DNA from: an uncultured Candidatus Melainabacteria bacterium
GTDB lineage: Bacteria; Cyanobacteriota; Vampirovibrionia; Gastranaerophilales; Gastranaerophilaceae
Length of the DNA stretch: 64,000 nt
Direction: 5' to 3'
Assembly (NCBI GenBank): GCA_949841365.1
Contig: CATKZI010000004.1
Coordinates: 959 to 64,958, forward strand
Positions 36,717 through 47,518 of this stretch are shown here, piece by piece. The notes beneath the pieces were generated by a model. The model did no database searches and was not told the DNA's origin. It saw only the letters and a program-made list of their open reading frames with translations. The position numbers and the translations under genes were made by a program. The stretch's first letter is position 1. The number at the start of each line of letters is the position of its first letter.

Positions 36717-36749
36717 AAAAAAAGTCTCAGATAAATTCTAAGACTTTTT
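36717..36749. terminator. Bidirectional terminator-like hairpin
   Basis: A7, AGTCTCAG...CTAAGACT hairpin, then T5. Lies downstream of the minus-strand gene 36772-37209. Confidence 0.5.
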
Positions 36750-36771
36750 ACAATTTGAACAAACTTTTTTA

Positions 36772-37209
36772 TTAGTTTTTAACGCGGGATAAAAATTCAT
36801 TATAAAGAGCATTCATTTTTCCTTGTCTGACTAAACTGTTTTTTGGTGACCAGATGTCCTTTATTCCGTTTGTTTTGTCTTCATATCTCGTAAATCTGTC
36901 GCCGTCTGCGGTTTCAATAGACGTGCTTTTGGAAAATTGCCATTTTGCAGGTAACTCTTTTTGTACAGGTCTGTCTATTTCTACGGTAATTTTACCTTTA
37001 AGATTTTCCAATATTGTTTGGAATAAATTGCCGTTGCGGTAATAACCGGTAACTTCTGTTCCGTCTTTTCTCGTTACAACTTTTTTTATTATATCGTTGT
37101 CTTTTTCGAACTTAACAACAGCATTATTAAAGTTTTGTTCAGGAATCCATTTTGTTACTTGAGGATTGGAATTAAATATTTGAGTTGCTTTATTTAAGCT
37201 TATAGTCAT
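36772..37209 (-). CDS. Hypothetical protein
   Basis: Start moved to MTISLNKATQIF, which has an AAGGAG RBS. 145 aa, no recognised domain. Confidence 0.55.
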   Translation of the reverse strand: MTISLNKATQIFNSNPQVTKWIPEQNFNNAVVKFEKDNDIIKKVVTRKDGTEVTGYYRNGNLFQTILENLKGKITVEIDRPVQKELPAKWQFSKSTSIETADGDRFTRYEDKTNGIKDIWSPKNSLVRQGKMNALYNEFLSRVKN

Positions 37210-37321
37210 TTTTATCTCCTTGGTAAAATCAACAAGTATTGTAAAGATTTGATTTTGCTGGTTTGTTAAAGAAATGTAACATAAATAAAAAACACCCATC
37301 TAACGATGAGTGTTCTTTATT

Positions 37322-37394
37322 AGCGGAAGACGAGACTCGAACTCGCAACAACCTGCTTGGAAGGCAGGGACTCTAGCCATTGAGTTACTTCCGC
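37322..37394 (-). tRNA. tRNA-Gly (anticodon UCC)
   Basis: The minus strand reads GCGGAAGTAACTCAATGGCTAGAGTCCCTGCCTTCCAAGCAGGTTGTTGCGAGTTCGAGTCTCGTCTTCCGCT. Acceptor stem GCGGAAG/CTTCCGC, anticodon stem CCTGC/GCAGG with loop CTTCCAA, and a T-arm GTTCGAGTC. Confidence 0.9.
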
Positions 37395-37656
37395 ATATCT
37401 CTAATATAATATAAAAAAAAATTTTTGCAATAGGCTTAAATTAATTCTTAAGGATTAATTATTGTTCGCTATTTTGTTATCAAAAAGTCATTCCGCAGAA
37501 GGGTGAAAACTATTGAAAAAAACGTTATCATATATATGTAAGCTTGTTGTATCCAGGCACTTTTTCGGGGTTGCGATAAGATTTTTTCTTAACCGGGTTT
37601 GGTTTAAAATATGGCAGGCTTATCTTTTTGTCACAAACTCTATGTTTCATATACGG

Positions 37657-37693
37657 CAACTTGTCACTGCTCCTTTCGACAAGTTGTTTTTTT
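37657..37693 (+). terminator. Terminator-like hairpin in the leader upstream of the parvulin gene
   Basis: CAACTTGTC, 12-nt loop, GACAAGTTG, then T7. Lies 35 nt upstream of the ATG at 37728. Confidence 0.45.
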
Positions 37694-37727
37694 ATGGTAT
37701 TATAAGGGTGTAAAAAAGGAGAAAATT

Positions 37728-38015
37728 ATGGCAAATGAAATCAGAGCAAGCCACATTTTAGTAAAAACAGAAGATGAAGCTAAAAATTTACTGGCAGAAA
37801 TTAGTTCAGGTAAAACATTCTCAGAATTGGCCGAAGAATATTCTATGTGCCCATCAGGAGCTAATGGCGGAGATTTAGGTTATTTCGGACGCGGAATGAT
37901 GGTTAAACCGTTTGAAGATGCTGCGTTTGGACTTGACAAAGTCGGTCAAATTTCAGAGCCTGTTCAAACACAGTTCGGATGGCATTTAATCCAATTGACA
38001 GGAAAAGATGACTAA
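37728..38015 (+). CDS. Parvulin-type peptidyl-prolyl cis-trans isomerase
   Basis: Start moved to MANEIRASHILV, which has an AAAGGAG RBS. Motifs GGDLGYFGRGMMVKPFEDAAF and GWHLI. Confidence 0.85.
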   Translation: MANEIRASHILVKTEDEAKNLLAEISSGKTFSELAEEYSMCPSGANGGDLGYFGRGMMVKPFEDAAFGLDKVGQISEPVQTQFGWHLIQLTGKDD

Positions 38016-39519
38016 TTTGCAGAAAATTCGAGAATTTATGAATGAGCAGGGATTAAATTTCCTGCTCGTTAATTCTACCAATAAATATTTGGTGGAATAT
38101 ACACCACTGCAAGAAAATTCACGTTATGCACTTACGGGTTTTTCAGGTTCTACGGGTGATGTGCTTGTAACACCCGATGCAGTTTATTTGTTTGTTGACG
38201 GGAGATATCATATCCAGGCTGATTTGGAAGTTGACCATGATATAGTTACTGTTATGAAGCTTCAAACAGGACAAATATTCCTTGATGAACTTATTAAAAA
38301 AATACCAGAGGGGGAAGTTTTGGGAATTTTTTCAAAGAAAAATTCTCAAAAACGGGTTGAATATTTGCAGGAAAAAGGCGTTGAACTGAGATTTTTAAAA
38401 GATGATCCGCTGGATAACAATATTGAATATGACAGTTCAAATATTGTGCCTGTTGAAGGAGTTTCGGTTGAGGAAAAGATAAAAAATATTGAAGATACAA
38501 TTTTGATTACAAATCTTGAGGAAGTATCTTATTTGTTTAATTTGCGGGATTTTTCCAAGAATTATTCCTCAAAAATTCAAAGCAAGGCTGTGATTATTAA
38601 CGGCAGAGCTCGTCTGATTGATGATATTGATGATTTTGTCGAATGTTATAACGGCAAAATAGGAGTTGATAAATCTACAATTAACGCATATGATTTTGCG
38701 CTAATCGGCGACAAGGTAAAAGTCTTGAAAGACAGCCCTGTAAAGCTTATGAAATCAGTTAAAACTGATGATGAAATTGCTCATTATAAAGATGCTTTCA
38801 GAAGGACTGATTTGGCTGTAAAGGCAATCAGGGATTACATTGAAAACAATGATAATATCTCGGAATTTGATATTGCCGAACAGCTTGAAAAAGAATTTAA
38901 GCGTTACGGTGCAAAAAGTTTGAGCTTCAAATCAATTGTTGCAAAGGATAAAAATTCTGCACTGGCACATTATTCAAAATGCTCAAAAGATGAAATTTTA
39001 AAAGACGGAAGTCTTGTTTTGATTGACTGCGGAGCATATTATGAGCAGGGTTTGGCGACTGATATTACAAGAGTTTTTGTAAAAGGCGAGCCGTCCGAAT
39101 TGCAGAAAAAAGTTTATACAACAGTCTTAAAAATGTTTTTGAATGCGTATAATGCAAAACTCAGCACAGGCTATGAAATTGATGCACTTGCTCGTGAGGT
39201 TTATTCTCAAAACGAGATTGAAGGCTTTGTGTTTAATCATGGTCTCGGGCATGGTATTGGAATAAATGTCCATGAATATCCGCCGAATTTGAGCAAAAAC
39301 GAAATGGCAAAAGTTGAAATAAAAGACGGAATGTGTTTTACAATTGAGCCGGGGCTTTATAATGAAGCGCATTTCGGGGTAAGGCTTGAAAATTCCTGTT
39401 ATATGAAAGACGGTAAGATTAATTCTTTTGTAAAAATGAATTATGAAAAGAAATTGATTGATTTCTCGCTTTTGACAGAGCAGGAAAAAGAATGGCTTAA
39501 AGAGTTTGAGGTCTTATGA
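38008..39519 (+). CDS. Xaa-Pro aminopeptidase (M24B family)
   Basis: 503 aa. The pita-bread C-terminal domain carries LIDCGA, HGLGHGIGINVHE, EPGLY and VRLEN. Confidence 0.87.
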   Translation: MTNLQKIREFMNEQGLNFLLVNSTNKYLVEYTPLQENSRYALTGFSGSTGDVLVTPDAVYLFVDGRYHIQADLEVDHDIVTVMKLQTGQIFLDELIKKIPEGEVLGIFSKKNSQKRVEYLQEKGVELRFLKDDPLDNNIEYDSSNIVPVEGVSVEEKIKNIEDTILITNLEEVSYLFNLRDFSKNYSSKIQSKAVIINGRARLIDDIDDFVECYNGKIGVDKSTINAYDFALIGDKVKVLKDSPVKLMKSVKTDDEIAHYKDAFRRTDLAVKAIRDYIENNDNISEFDIAEQLEKEFKRYGAKSLSFKSIVAKDKNSALAHYSKCSKDEILKDGSLVLIDCGAYYEQGLATDITRVFVKGEPSELQKKVYTTVLKMFLNAYNAKLSTGYEIDALAREVYSQNEIEGFVFNHGLGHGIGINVHEYPPNLSKNEMAKVEIKDGMCFTIEPGLYNEAHFGVRLENSCYMKDGKINSFVKMNYEKKLIDFSLLTEQEKEWLKEFEVL

Positions 39520-40250
39520 TAACGAGCATAAATAACGAATTGGTAAAAGAAACCGTAAAATTACAGCAGAAAAAATACCGTGACAGAGAAAATAAATTTC
39601 TGCTTGAGGGTTTTAAAGCTATTGAGGAAGCTTTCAATGCCGGAGTGAAAATTGAGTATGTTTTTACAACTGATGAAAAACGATACGCATTTGTACCGAA
39701 TGTAATCCCTGCTTCAGAAGCGGTTTTGAAAAAAATCTCTACGACAGATTCTGCGCCTGATGCTGTCGGAGTTGCTGTTAAAAAGGTTTATTCCGCTGAA
39801 TATTTAAAAGATGCTAAAAAAGTAGTTTTGCTTGAGAATATCAAGGATTTGGGTAATCTCGGTACGATTTTGCGTACAGCTGTGGCATTTGGCGCAGATG
39901 CGGTTGTGCTTTACGGCAAGGAGTGCGCAGATTTATATAATCCTAAATGCGTCCGCTCATCTGTTGGAAATTTATGGAAAATCCCCGTTGTTTATATAGA
40001 AGATTTCAGCGGTTTGAATGTGTTTGAAAGATTTGAGAAAGTTGCGACTTTACCGCGTACAACTCAGTATTTAAAAGATTTCAGCATAAAAGAACCTGCT
40101 CTTGTGATGTTTGGCTCGGAAGCCGACGGACTTTCCGATGAGTTGATACGTTTTGCGACGAAGGAAGTAAAAATTGAGATGGCAGACAATGTCGAATCTT
40201 TGAATTTATCAATTTCTTGCGCTGTTGTTTTATACAAATTATTTTTATAG
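39516..40250 (+). CDS. TrmH/SpoU-family RNA 2'-O-methyltransferase
   Basis: 244 aa. Motifs DLGNLGTILRTA, FGSEADGLS and ESLNLSISCAV. Confidence 0.85.
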   Translation: MITSINNELVKETVKLQQKKYRDRENKFLLEGFKAIEEAFNAGVKIEYVFTTDEKRYAFVPNVIPASEAVLKKISTTDSAPDAVGVAVKKVYSAEYLKDAKKVVLLENIKDLGNLGTILRTAVAFGADAVVLYGKECADLYNPKCVRSSVGNLWKIPVVYIEDFSGLNVFERFEKVATLPRTTQYLKDFSIKEPALVMFGSEADGLSDELIRFATKEVKIEMADNVESLNLSISCAVVLYKLFL

Positions 40251-40262
40251 TAAAATATTTTT

Positions 40263-41645
40263 ATGGATGAAAAAGAAATTTGGAAGTTAGCAAAAGAGGA
40301 GTTAGCCCAAACGGTTCCTACATACAAAATGTGGATTGAACCCTTGGAAGCAACAGCTTTCGACGGCAACATTTTAACTCTTATTACGGCTCATGCTCTT
40401 GCTCCTCAATTGATTAAGTCACAGCATAATGCAAAAATTCTTGAAGCTTTGAAAAATGTCTGCGGAAAAGATGTAAGCTACACGGTTGTGCACGATGAGG
40501 AATTTGCCGAGCGTTATCAGAAAGAAAAAAAGAAAGAACTCCAAAAACAAAAACGTACACCTGTAGAAACCGAAGAAACTAAGTTGATGGATAACCTTGC
40601 GCAGATGCAGTCATCAGCAAATCTTAATTTAAAATACAAGTTTTCTAATTTTGTAGTTGGTGAAAACAGCCGTTTTGCACATGCAGCAGCGATGTCGGTT
40701 GCACAAAATCCTGCAAAAAAATATAATCCGCTGTTTATATATGGTGCATCAGGCTTGGGAAAAACCCATCTTATGCAGGCAATAGGTCATTATATAATTT
40801 TCAATAAGCCGAAATTAAAAGTTAAATATATTAAAACAGAAGAATATTTTAATGAACTTATTAAAAATCTTCAAACAGGCGGGAATGATAAAACTAACCG
40901 CATGGATAAATTTCGCCAAAAATACAGAAATGTAGATGTTTTGCTGATTGATGATATTCAGTTTTTGGAAAGCAAGACTTTTACAATGGAGGAAATTTTC
41001 CATACCTTTGACAGTCTGCACAATAACAATAAACAGATAGTAATCACATCTGACAGACTTCCGAAAGATATTCCGACCCTGCCTGACAGGTTGAGAACAC
41101 GTTTTGAAATGGGTTTAATGGTTGATATCACTCCACCTGATTTTGAAACCAGAGTTGCAATATTGAAAAATCTTGCAGATTTGGCAGGGATTAAGGCCGA
41201 ATTTGACGTGTTTGAATATATCGCGAAAAACTTTATTAATAACGTAAGAGAGCTTGAAGGTGCATTTAATAAAGTCAGTGCTTACGCTGATATTGAACAG
41301 ACTGATTTGACGCTTGAATTTGCCAAAAAAGTTTTGAATTGCGAAGCTGTAAAACAGGAAATTTCTATTGCGCAGGTTGCAAAAGCTGTCGGAGATTATT
41401 ATGGGGTTTCCATTGCGGATTTTTTAAGCTCTGCAAGAAACCAGAGAGTATCGTCAGCACGCCATGTTGCCGTTTATTTGGCTCGTGAGATTACACAGAA
41501 AAGTTTTGAAGCTATTGCGGAATATTTTAATAAAAAACATACGACAATGCTTTATTCTCACGATAAAATCAAAGACGATTTAAAAACAAACAAAAATCTT
41601 GAACAGGATATTGCAGTTATTCGCAGAACTTTGAGGGAACAGTAA
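40263..41645 (+). CDS. dnaA: Chromosomal replication initiator protein DnaA
   Basis: 460 aa. Motifs NPLFIYGASGLGKTHL, LLIDDIQFL, NVRELEGA, and the C-terminal DNA-binding signature SARHVAVYLAREIT. Confidence 0.96.
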   Translation: MDEKEIWKLAKEELAQTVPTYKMWIEPLEATAFDGNILTLITAHALAPQLIKSQHNAKILEALKNVCGKDVSYTVVHDEEFAERYQKEKKKELQKQKRTPVETEETKLMDNLAQMQSSANLNLKYKFSNFVVGENSRFAHAAAMSVAQNPAKKYNPLFIYGASGLGKTHLMQAIGHYIIFNKPKLKVKYIKTEEYFNELIKNLQTGGNDKTNRMDKFRQKYRNVDVLLIDDIQFLESKTFTMEEIFHTFDSLHNNNKQIVITSDRLPKDIPTLPDRLRTRFEMGLMVDITPPDFETRVAILKNLADLAGIKAEFDVFEYIAKNFINNVRELEGAFNKVSAYADIEQTDLTLEFAKKVLNCEAVKQEISIAQVAKAVGDYYGVSIADFLSSARNQRVSSARHVAVYLAREITQKSFEAIAEYFNKKHTTMLYSHDKIKDDLKTNKNLEQDIAVIRRTLREQ

Positions 41646-42250
41646 TGTACGATTACATAAAAGGAATTTTGGCAGGTAAATCAAATACATCAAAGGGTGT
41701 TTTTTTGACTGTAGAAACTGGCGGAATAGGGTATTTGATTGAAACGACCGTACGCGATTATAATCTGGCAAATGCTGATGAGGTAAAAGTTTATACTGTT
41801 CTTATTCACCGTGAGGATAAGATGAGCCTTTGCGGTTTTTTGCATAAAGAGGACAGGGATATTTTCAATATTTTGACCTCTGTTTCGGGTGTCGGGTCTA
41901 AAATGGCGCTTACACTTTTGGATGAATTTGAAGCATCGGAACTTATCGGATTTGTAATTGACGGGAATTATAAAGAGATTACGCGTGCCAAAGGTGTTGG
42001 TCCTAAATTAGCGCAGAAAATAATTCTTGAATTAAAAGACAAGTTAATGAATTACAAAACAAAAGAACCGATAAAAATTACATCATCAGTTAAGGTTGAT
42101 GACAGTGCAGTTGAAGATGCACAAATGGTATTAGTTTCTCTCGGTTATGAGCGCAAAGAAATTCAAGATGCTATATCAAAAGCAGTTGCAGATAGTAAAA
42201 CAACTGCTGAAGAAATCTTAAAAGAAGCCTTGAAAATTTTATCTTTATAA
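41645..42250 (+). CDS. ruvA: Holliday junction branch migration complex subunit RuvA
   Basis: 201 aa. MYDYIKGIL N-terminus and HhH motifs SVSGVGSKMAL and AKGVGPKLAQKI. TAATG overlap with dnaA. Confidence 0.92.
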   Translation: MYDYIKGILAGKSNTSKGVFLTVETGGIGYLIETTVRDYNLANADEVKVYTVLIHREDKMSLCGFLHKEDRDIFNILTSVSGVGSKMALTLLDEFEASELIGFVIDGNYKEITRAKGVGPKLAQKIILELKDKLMNYKTKEPIKITSSVKVDDSAVEDAQMVLVSLGYERKEIQDAISKAVADSKTTAEEILKEALKILSL

Positions 42251-43165
42251 TAATAACATTGCAATCAATCCTGCAAGAACCATTGCAGGTCCAAACGGCA
42301 TATATGTTTTTGGTTTTTCTTTCAAACCTTTCAAGATAAATACGCAGGTTAATACGCCAAGAACTGCCAACAGGATTGCGCCGATTAAGTATGCTGTGCC
42401 ATCAAGTTTTAACAAACAAAACGCGATTGCATAAGCAACAAATGCTAAGAAAGAAATTAAAGTTTTCCAATCTTTATTTGTAACAAGCCCTTTTATAAAT
42501 ATCGGTAAAAATGCAATTACTTGAATAATAACACTCAAGGCAAGAACAATAAGTAATATTTTCCACCCTAAAAGTGCGCCCAAACCGATTGCGATAAATG
42601 TATCACCTTCGCCGAAAGCTCTTGTTCCCGCAATTAAATATCCCGAGCGTGCGCAAACTTCCATAATTACCGCACCTAAAACAGCACCGATAACAGATGA
42701 GATAATAATTTCAAATGTGTGGTTTACAACTGACAAATATATGGTATTCAAAAATCCGAGCCCGATAAATGTATATGTATGTGCATCAAAAACAACTTTT
42801 TCTTTAATATCAGTTCCCGCCATAGCTACCATAACAGATGCGATTGCCCACATAAACAATGTTTCAATGCTCATTCCGAATTTTATAAAAATCAAGGTAA
42901 AAATTATACCTGTGACAAGTTCAATAATCGGATATTGAATGCTGATTTTTTCTTTGCAGAATGCACATTTCCCGCCGAGTAATATATATGATAATACAGG
43001 GATATTATGCCACCATTTCAAAGGATTTTGGCATTTTGGGCATTTGGAAGCCGGAAAAACGATTGATTCTCCGCTCAATGCTCTTAAAATTACTACGTTT
43101 AAAAAACTTCCGATACAAAGTCCGATTATAAATACGAATGCTAATACTGCAATTAATAGTGCCAT
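42245..43165 (-). CDS. pilD: Prepilin peptidase (A24 family, PilD-like)
   Basis: Start moved to MALLIAVLAF, which has an AAGAGGA RBS. Zn-finger CPKCQ...CAFCK, and catalytic Asp contexts AGTDIKE and GEGDTF. Confidence 0.88.
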   Translation of the reverse strand: MALLIAVLAFVFIIGLCIGSFLNVVILRALSGESIVFPASKCPKCQNPLKWWHNIPVLSYILLGGKCAFCKEKISIQYPIIELVTGIIFTLIFIKFGMSIETLFMWAIASVMVAMAGTDIKEKVVFDAHTYTFIGLGFLNTIYLSVVNHTFEIIISSVIGAVLGAVIMEVCARSGYLIAGTRAFGEGDTFIAIGLGALLGWKILLIVLALSVIIQVIAFLPIFIKGLVTNKDWKTLISFLAFVAYAIAFCLLKLDGTAYLIGAILLAVLGVLTCVFILKGLKEKPKTYMPFGPAMVLAGLIAMLLL

Positions 43166-43166
43166 T

Positions 43167-43934
43167 TTAGATGTCCTCTTTTGCTTCAATTATTTCATAC
43201 ATTTTGTGTAAAGCTTTTTTTAATCTCCTTGAAACCTGCATTTGTGATATATGCAAGATTTCCGAGATTTCTCGCTGGTTTAAGTCGTGATAATAACTTA
43301 ATTCAATTATTTCTTTTAAATCTGCAGGGAGCTTTTCAATAGCCTGTTCCAGCATAATTTTATTCTCATTGGAAGTAATAATTTCCTGATAATCGCCTGA
43401 GGGGATTTTGTCAATAAGTGTTAAATCGTCGTCATCAACGGATGAAATAGCCTGATCAAGAGAAAGAGTTGTTTTGCAAAGCTCTATTTCCATAACTTCA
43501 TGAATTTTTACTTCATCAACTCCGACAATTTCTGCAATCTGTTCTTCTGTCGGTTCATCGAACCCTTTTTCTTTTAACTGTTTAACTGCGGAACTGATTT
43601 TAAAAACGAGTTCTTGAAGTTCTCTCGGGGCTTTGATTATCGACGCTTTATCGCGCAGATAATGTTTGATTTCACCGCGGATAAAATATGATGCATAAGT
43701 TTTAAACTTTGTATTTTTATCGGTGTTGAAAAATTCTATAGCTTTAATAAGCCCGATAGAGCCTACCTGTATCAAATCTTCATTGGAAATTCCTGCCTGC
43801 ACGGTAATACTGCATGCAATTTTTTTAACTAATTGCATAGCATTTTCAACAATTTGCAGATGAAGCATTCGCTTTTTTTTCTCGTCATTACAGGTTTTGT
43901 AAGCGAGAAGTTGTCTATCCAACTCTTCTGACAT
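43167..43934 (-). CDS. Sigma-70 family sigma factor, group 3 (SigF/SigB/FliA-like)
   Basis: 255 aa. Region 2 (DLIQVGSIGLIKAIEFFN, FKTYASYFIRGEIKHYLRD) and a region 4 HTH (REISEILHISQMQVSRRLKKAL). The stop lies 1 nt from the pilD start. Confidence 0.87.
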   Translation of the reverse strand: MSEELDRQLLAYKTCNDEKKKRMLHLQIVENAMQLVKKIACSITVQAGISNEDLIQVGSIGLIKAIEFFNTDKNTKFKTYASYFIRGEIKHYLRDKASIIKAPRELQELVFKISSAVKQLKEKGFDEPTEEQIAEIVGVDEVKIHEVMEIELCKTTLSLDQAISSVDDDDLTLIDKIPSGDYQEIITSNENKIMLEQAIEKLPADLKEIIELSYYHDLNQREISEILHISQMQVSRRLKKALHKMYEIIEAKEDI

Positions 43935-44034
43935 TTTATCTCCTGTTGATATTATAACATAACTTTTAAAATTTTGAAATATTAATAAGCATGCCGTATT
44001 TTTGTGTTATTATTTAAAAAGGAGTAGAGGAAAA

Positions 44035-44316
44035 ATGATTACAATAAAAGATGTTGAACACGTTGCAAAACTTGCAAGACTTGAATTAACAGAAGATGAA
44101 AAAGAACTTTATACAAAACAATTAGGCGATGTTTTGAAATATGTTGATCAAATGAACGAAGTTGACACAACTAACGTTAAACCGATGACTCAGGTTATTG
44201 ATTTTTATAACGTTATGAGAGAGGACAAAGTTGTTCAGGAAATCAGCAAGGAAGCTTTAATGTCTAATGCGCCCGAGGAAGAAAACGGGTTCTTTAAAGT
44301 TCCGAAAATTGGATAA
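44035..44316 (+). CDS. gatC: Asp/Glu-tRNA amidotransferase subunit C
   Basis: Start moved to MITIKDVEHVAKLARLELTEDE. The C-terminal part reads REDKV...NAPEEENGFFKVPKI. Confidence 0.88.
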   Translation: MITIKDVEHVAKLARLELTEDEKELYTKQLGDVLKYVDQMNEVDTTNVKPMTQVIDFYNVMREDKVVQEISKEALMSNAPEEENGFFKVPKIG

Positions 44317-44402
44317 GGCTGGTAAAACAAAAGTGGTGCGAAGGGGATAAGTAACGGGATATTTATTAAGTGTATAGAATTTCCCCCTGAGTGCGTGGGT
44401 AG

Positions 44403-46530
<2,128 letters not shown>

Positions 46531-46630
46531 GACATTCTCCTTGTATGTTACATTTTTAACATAAAATTTGCAATTTTGCTATGTTCGTCGTAGCATGGAT
46601 AAGCACGTACACTTTAGATTGGAATATGTT

Positions 46631-47503
46631 ATGGCTTTAAATTTTCAAGAACTAGTTTTTAATTTACAAAAATTTTGGTCGGATTACGGTTGTATTATTC
46701 AACAGCCTTATGATATTGAAAAAGGTGCTTCTACAATGAACCCAGCAACTTTTTTGCGTTCATTAGGACCCGAACCTTGGAATACCGCAATGATTGAACC
46801 TTGCAGACGTCCGACAGATGCAAGATACGGTGAAAACCCCAACAGACTCGGGCATTATTATCAGTTTCAGGTTATCTTGAAACCGTCTCCCGATAATGCT
46901 CAGGAACTTTATTTGAAAAGTTTGGAAGCTATGGGAATTGACCTGAAAGAACATGATGTAAGATTTGTTGAAGACAACTGGGAATCTCCAACCCTCGGCG
47001 CGGCAGGTGTAGGTTGGGAAGTTTGGCTTGATGGTATGGAAATTACCCAATTTACTTACTTCCAGCAAGTCGGCGGTGTTGAAGTTAAACCCGTTGCTTT
47101 GGAATTGACATACGGTCTTGAACGTATTGCTATGTATCTTCAAAATAAGGAATCTGTCTACGATATTATGTGGAACGATACTTTGAAATACGGCGAAATT
47201 TTCTTACAAAACGAAATTGAAATGTCAAAATATAACTTTGAAGTAAGCGATTCAAAAGCGTTATTTACAATGTTTGATTTATACCAGAAAGAAGTTGATA
47301 ATTGTATTAATGCAAAACTTGTTTTGCCCGCTTATGATTACGTTTTGAAATGTTCTCATACTTTCAACCTTCTTGATGCAAGAGGAGTAATCAGTAAAGA
47401 TGAAAGAATTAACTTTATCAATAGAGTAAGAACAATGGCTTCTGCTGTTGCAAGATTGTATGTAGCTCAAAGAGAAGAATTAGGTTTCCCTCTTTGTAAA
47501 TAA
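46631..47503 (+). CDS. glyQ: Glycine--tRNA ligase alpha subunit
   Basis: Start moved to [21 protein letters not shown]. Motifs [18 protein letters not shown] and [12 protein letters not shown]. Confidence 0.95.
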   Translation: MALNFQELVFNLQKFWSDYGCIIQQPYDIEKGASTMNPATFLRSLGPEPWNTAMIEPCRRPTDARYGENPNRLGHYYQFQVILKPSPDNAQELYLKSLEAMGIDLKEHDVRFVEDNWESPTLGAAGVGWEVWLDGMEITQFTYFQQVGGVEVKPVALELTYGLERIAMYLQNKESVYDIMWNDTLKYGEIFLQNEIEMSKYNFEVSDSKALFTMFDLYQKEVDNCINAKLVLPAYDYVLKCSHTFNLLDARGVISKDERINFINRVRTMASAVARLYVAQREELGFPLCK

Positions 47504-47518
47504 TTATAAGGAAAATAA

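Noticed and set aside
46531-46630. A T-box leader might lie upstream of glyQ.
   Set aside because: Only about 100 nt are available. There is no recognisable specifier loop, T-box sequence or terminator/antiterminator pair.
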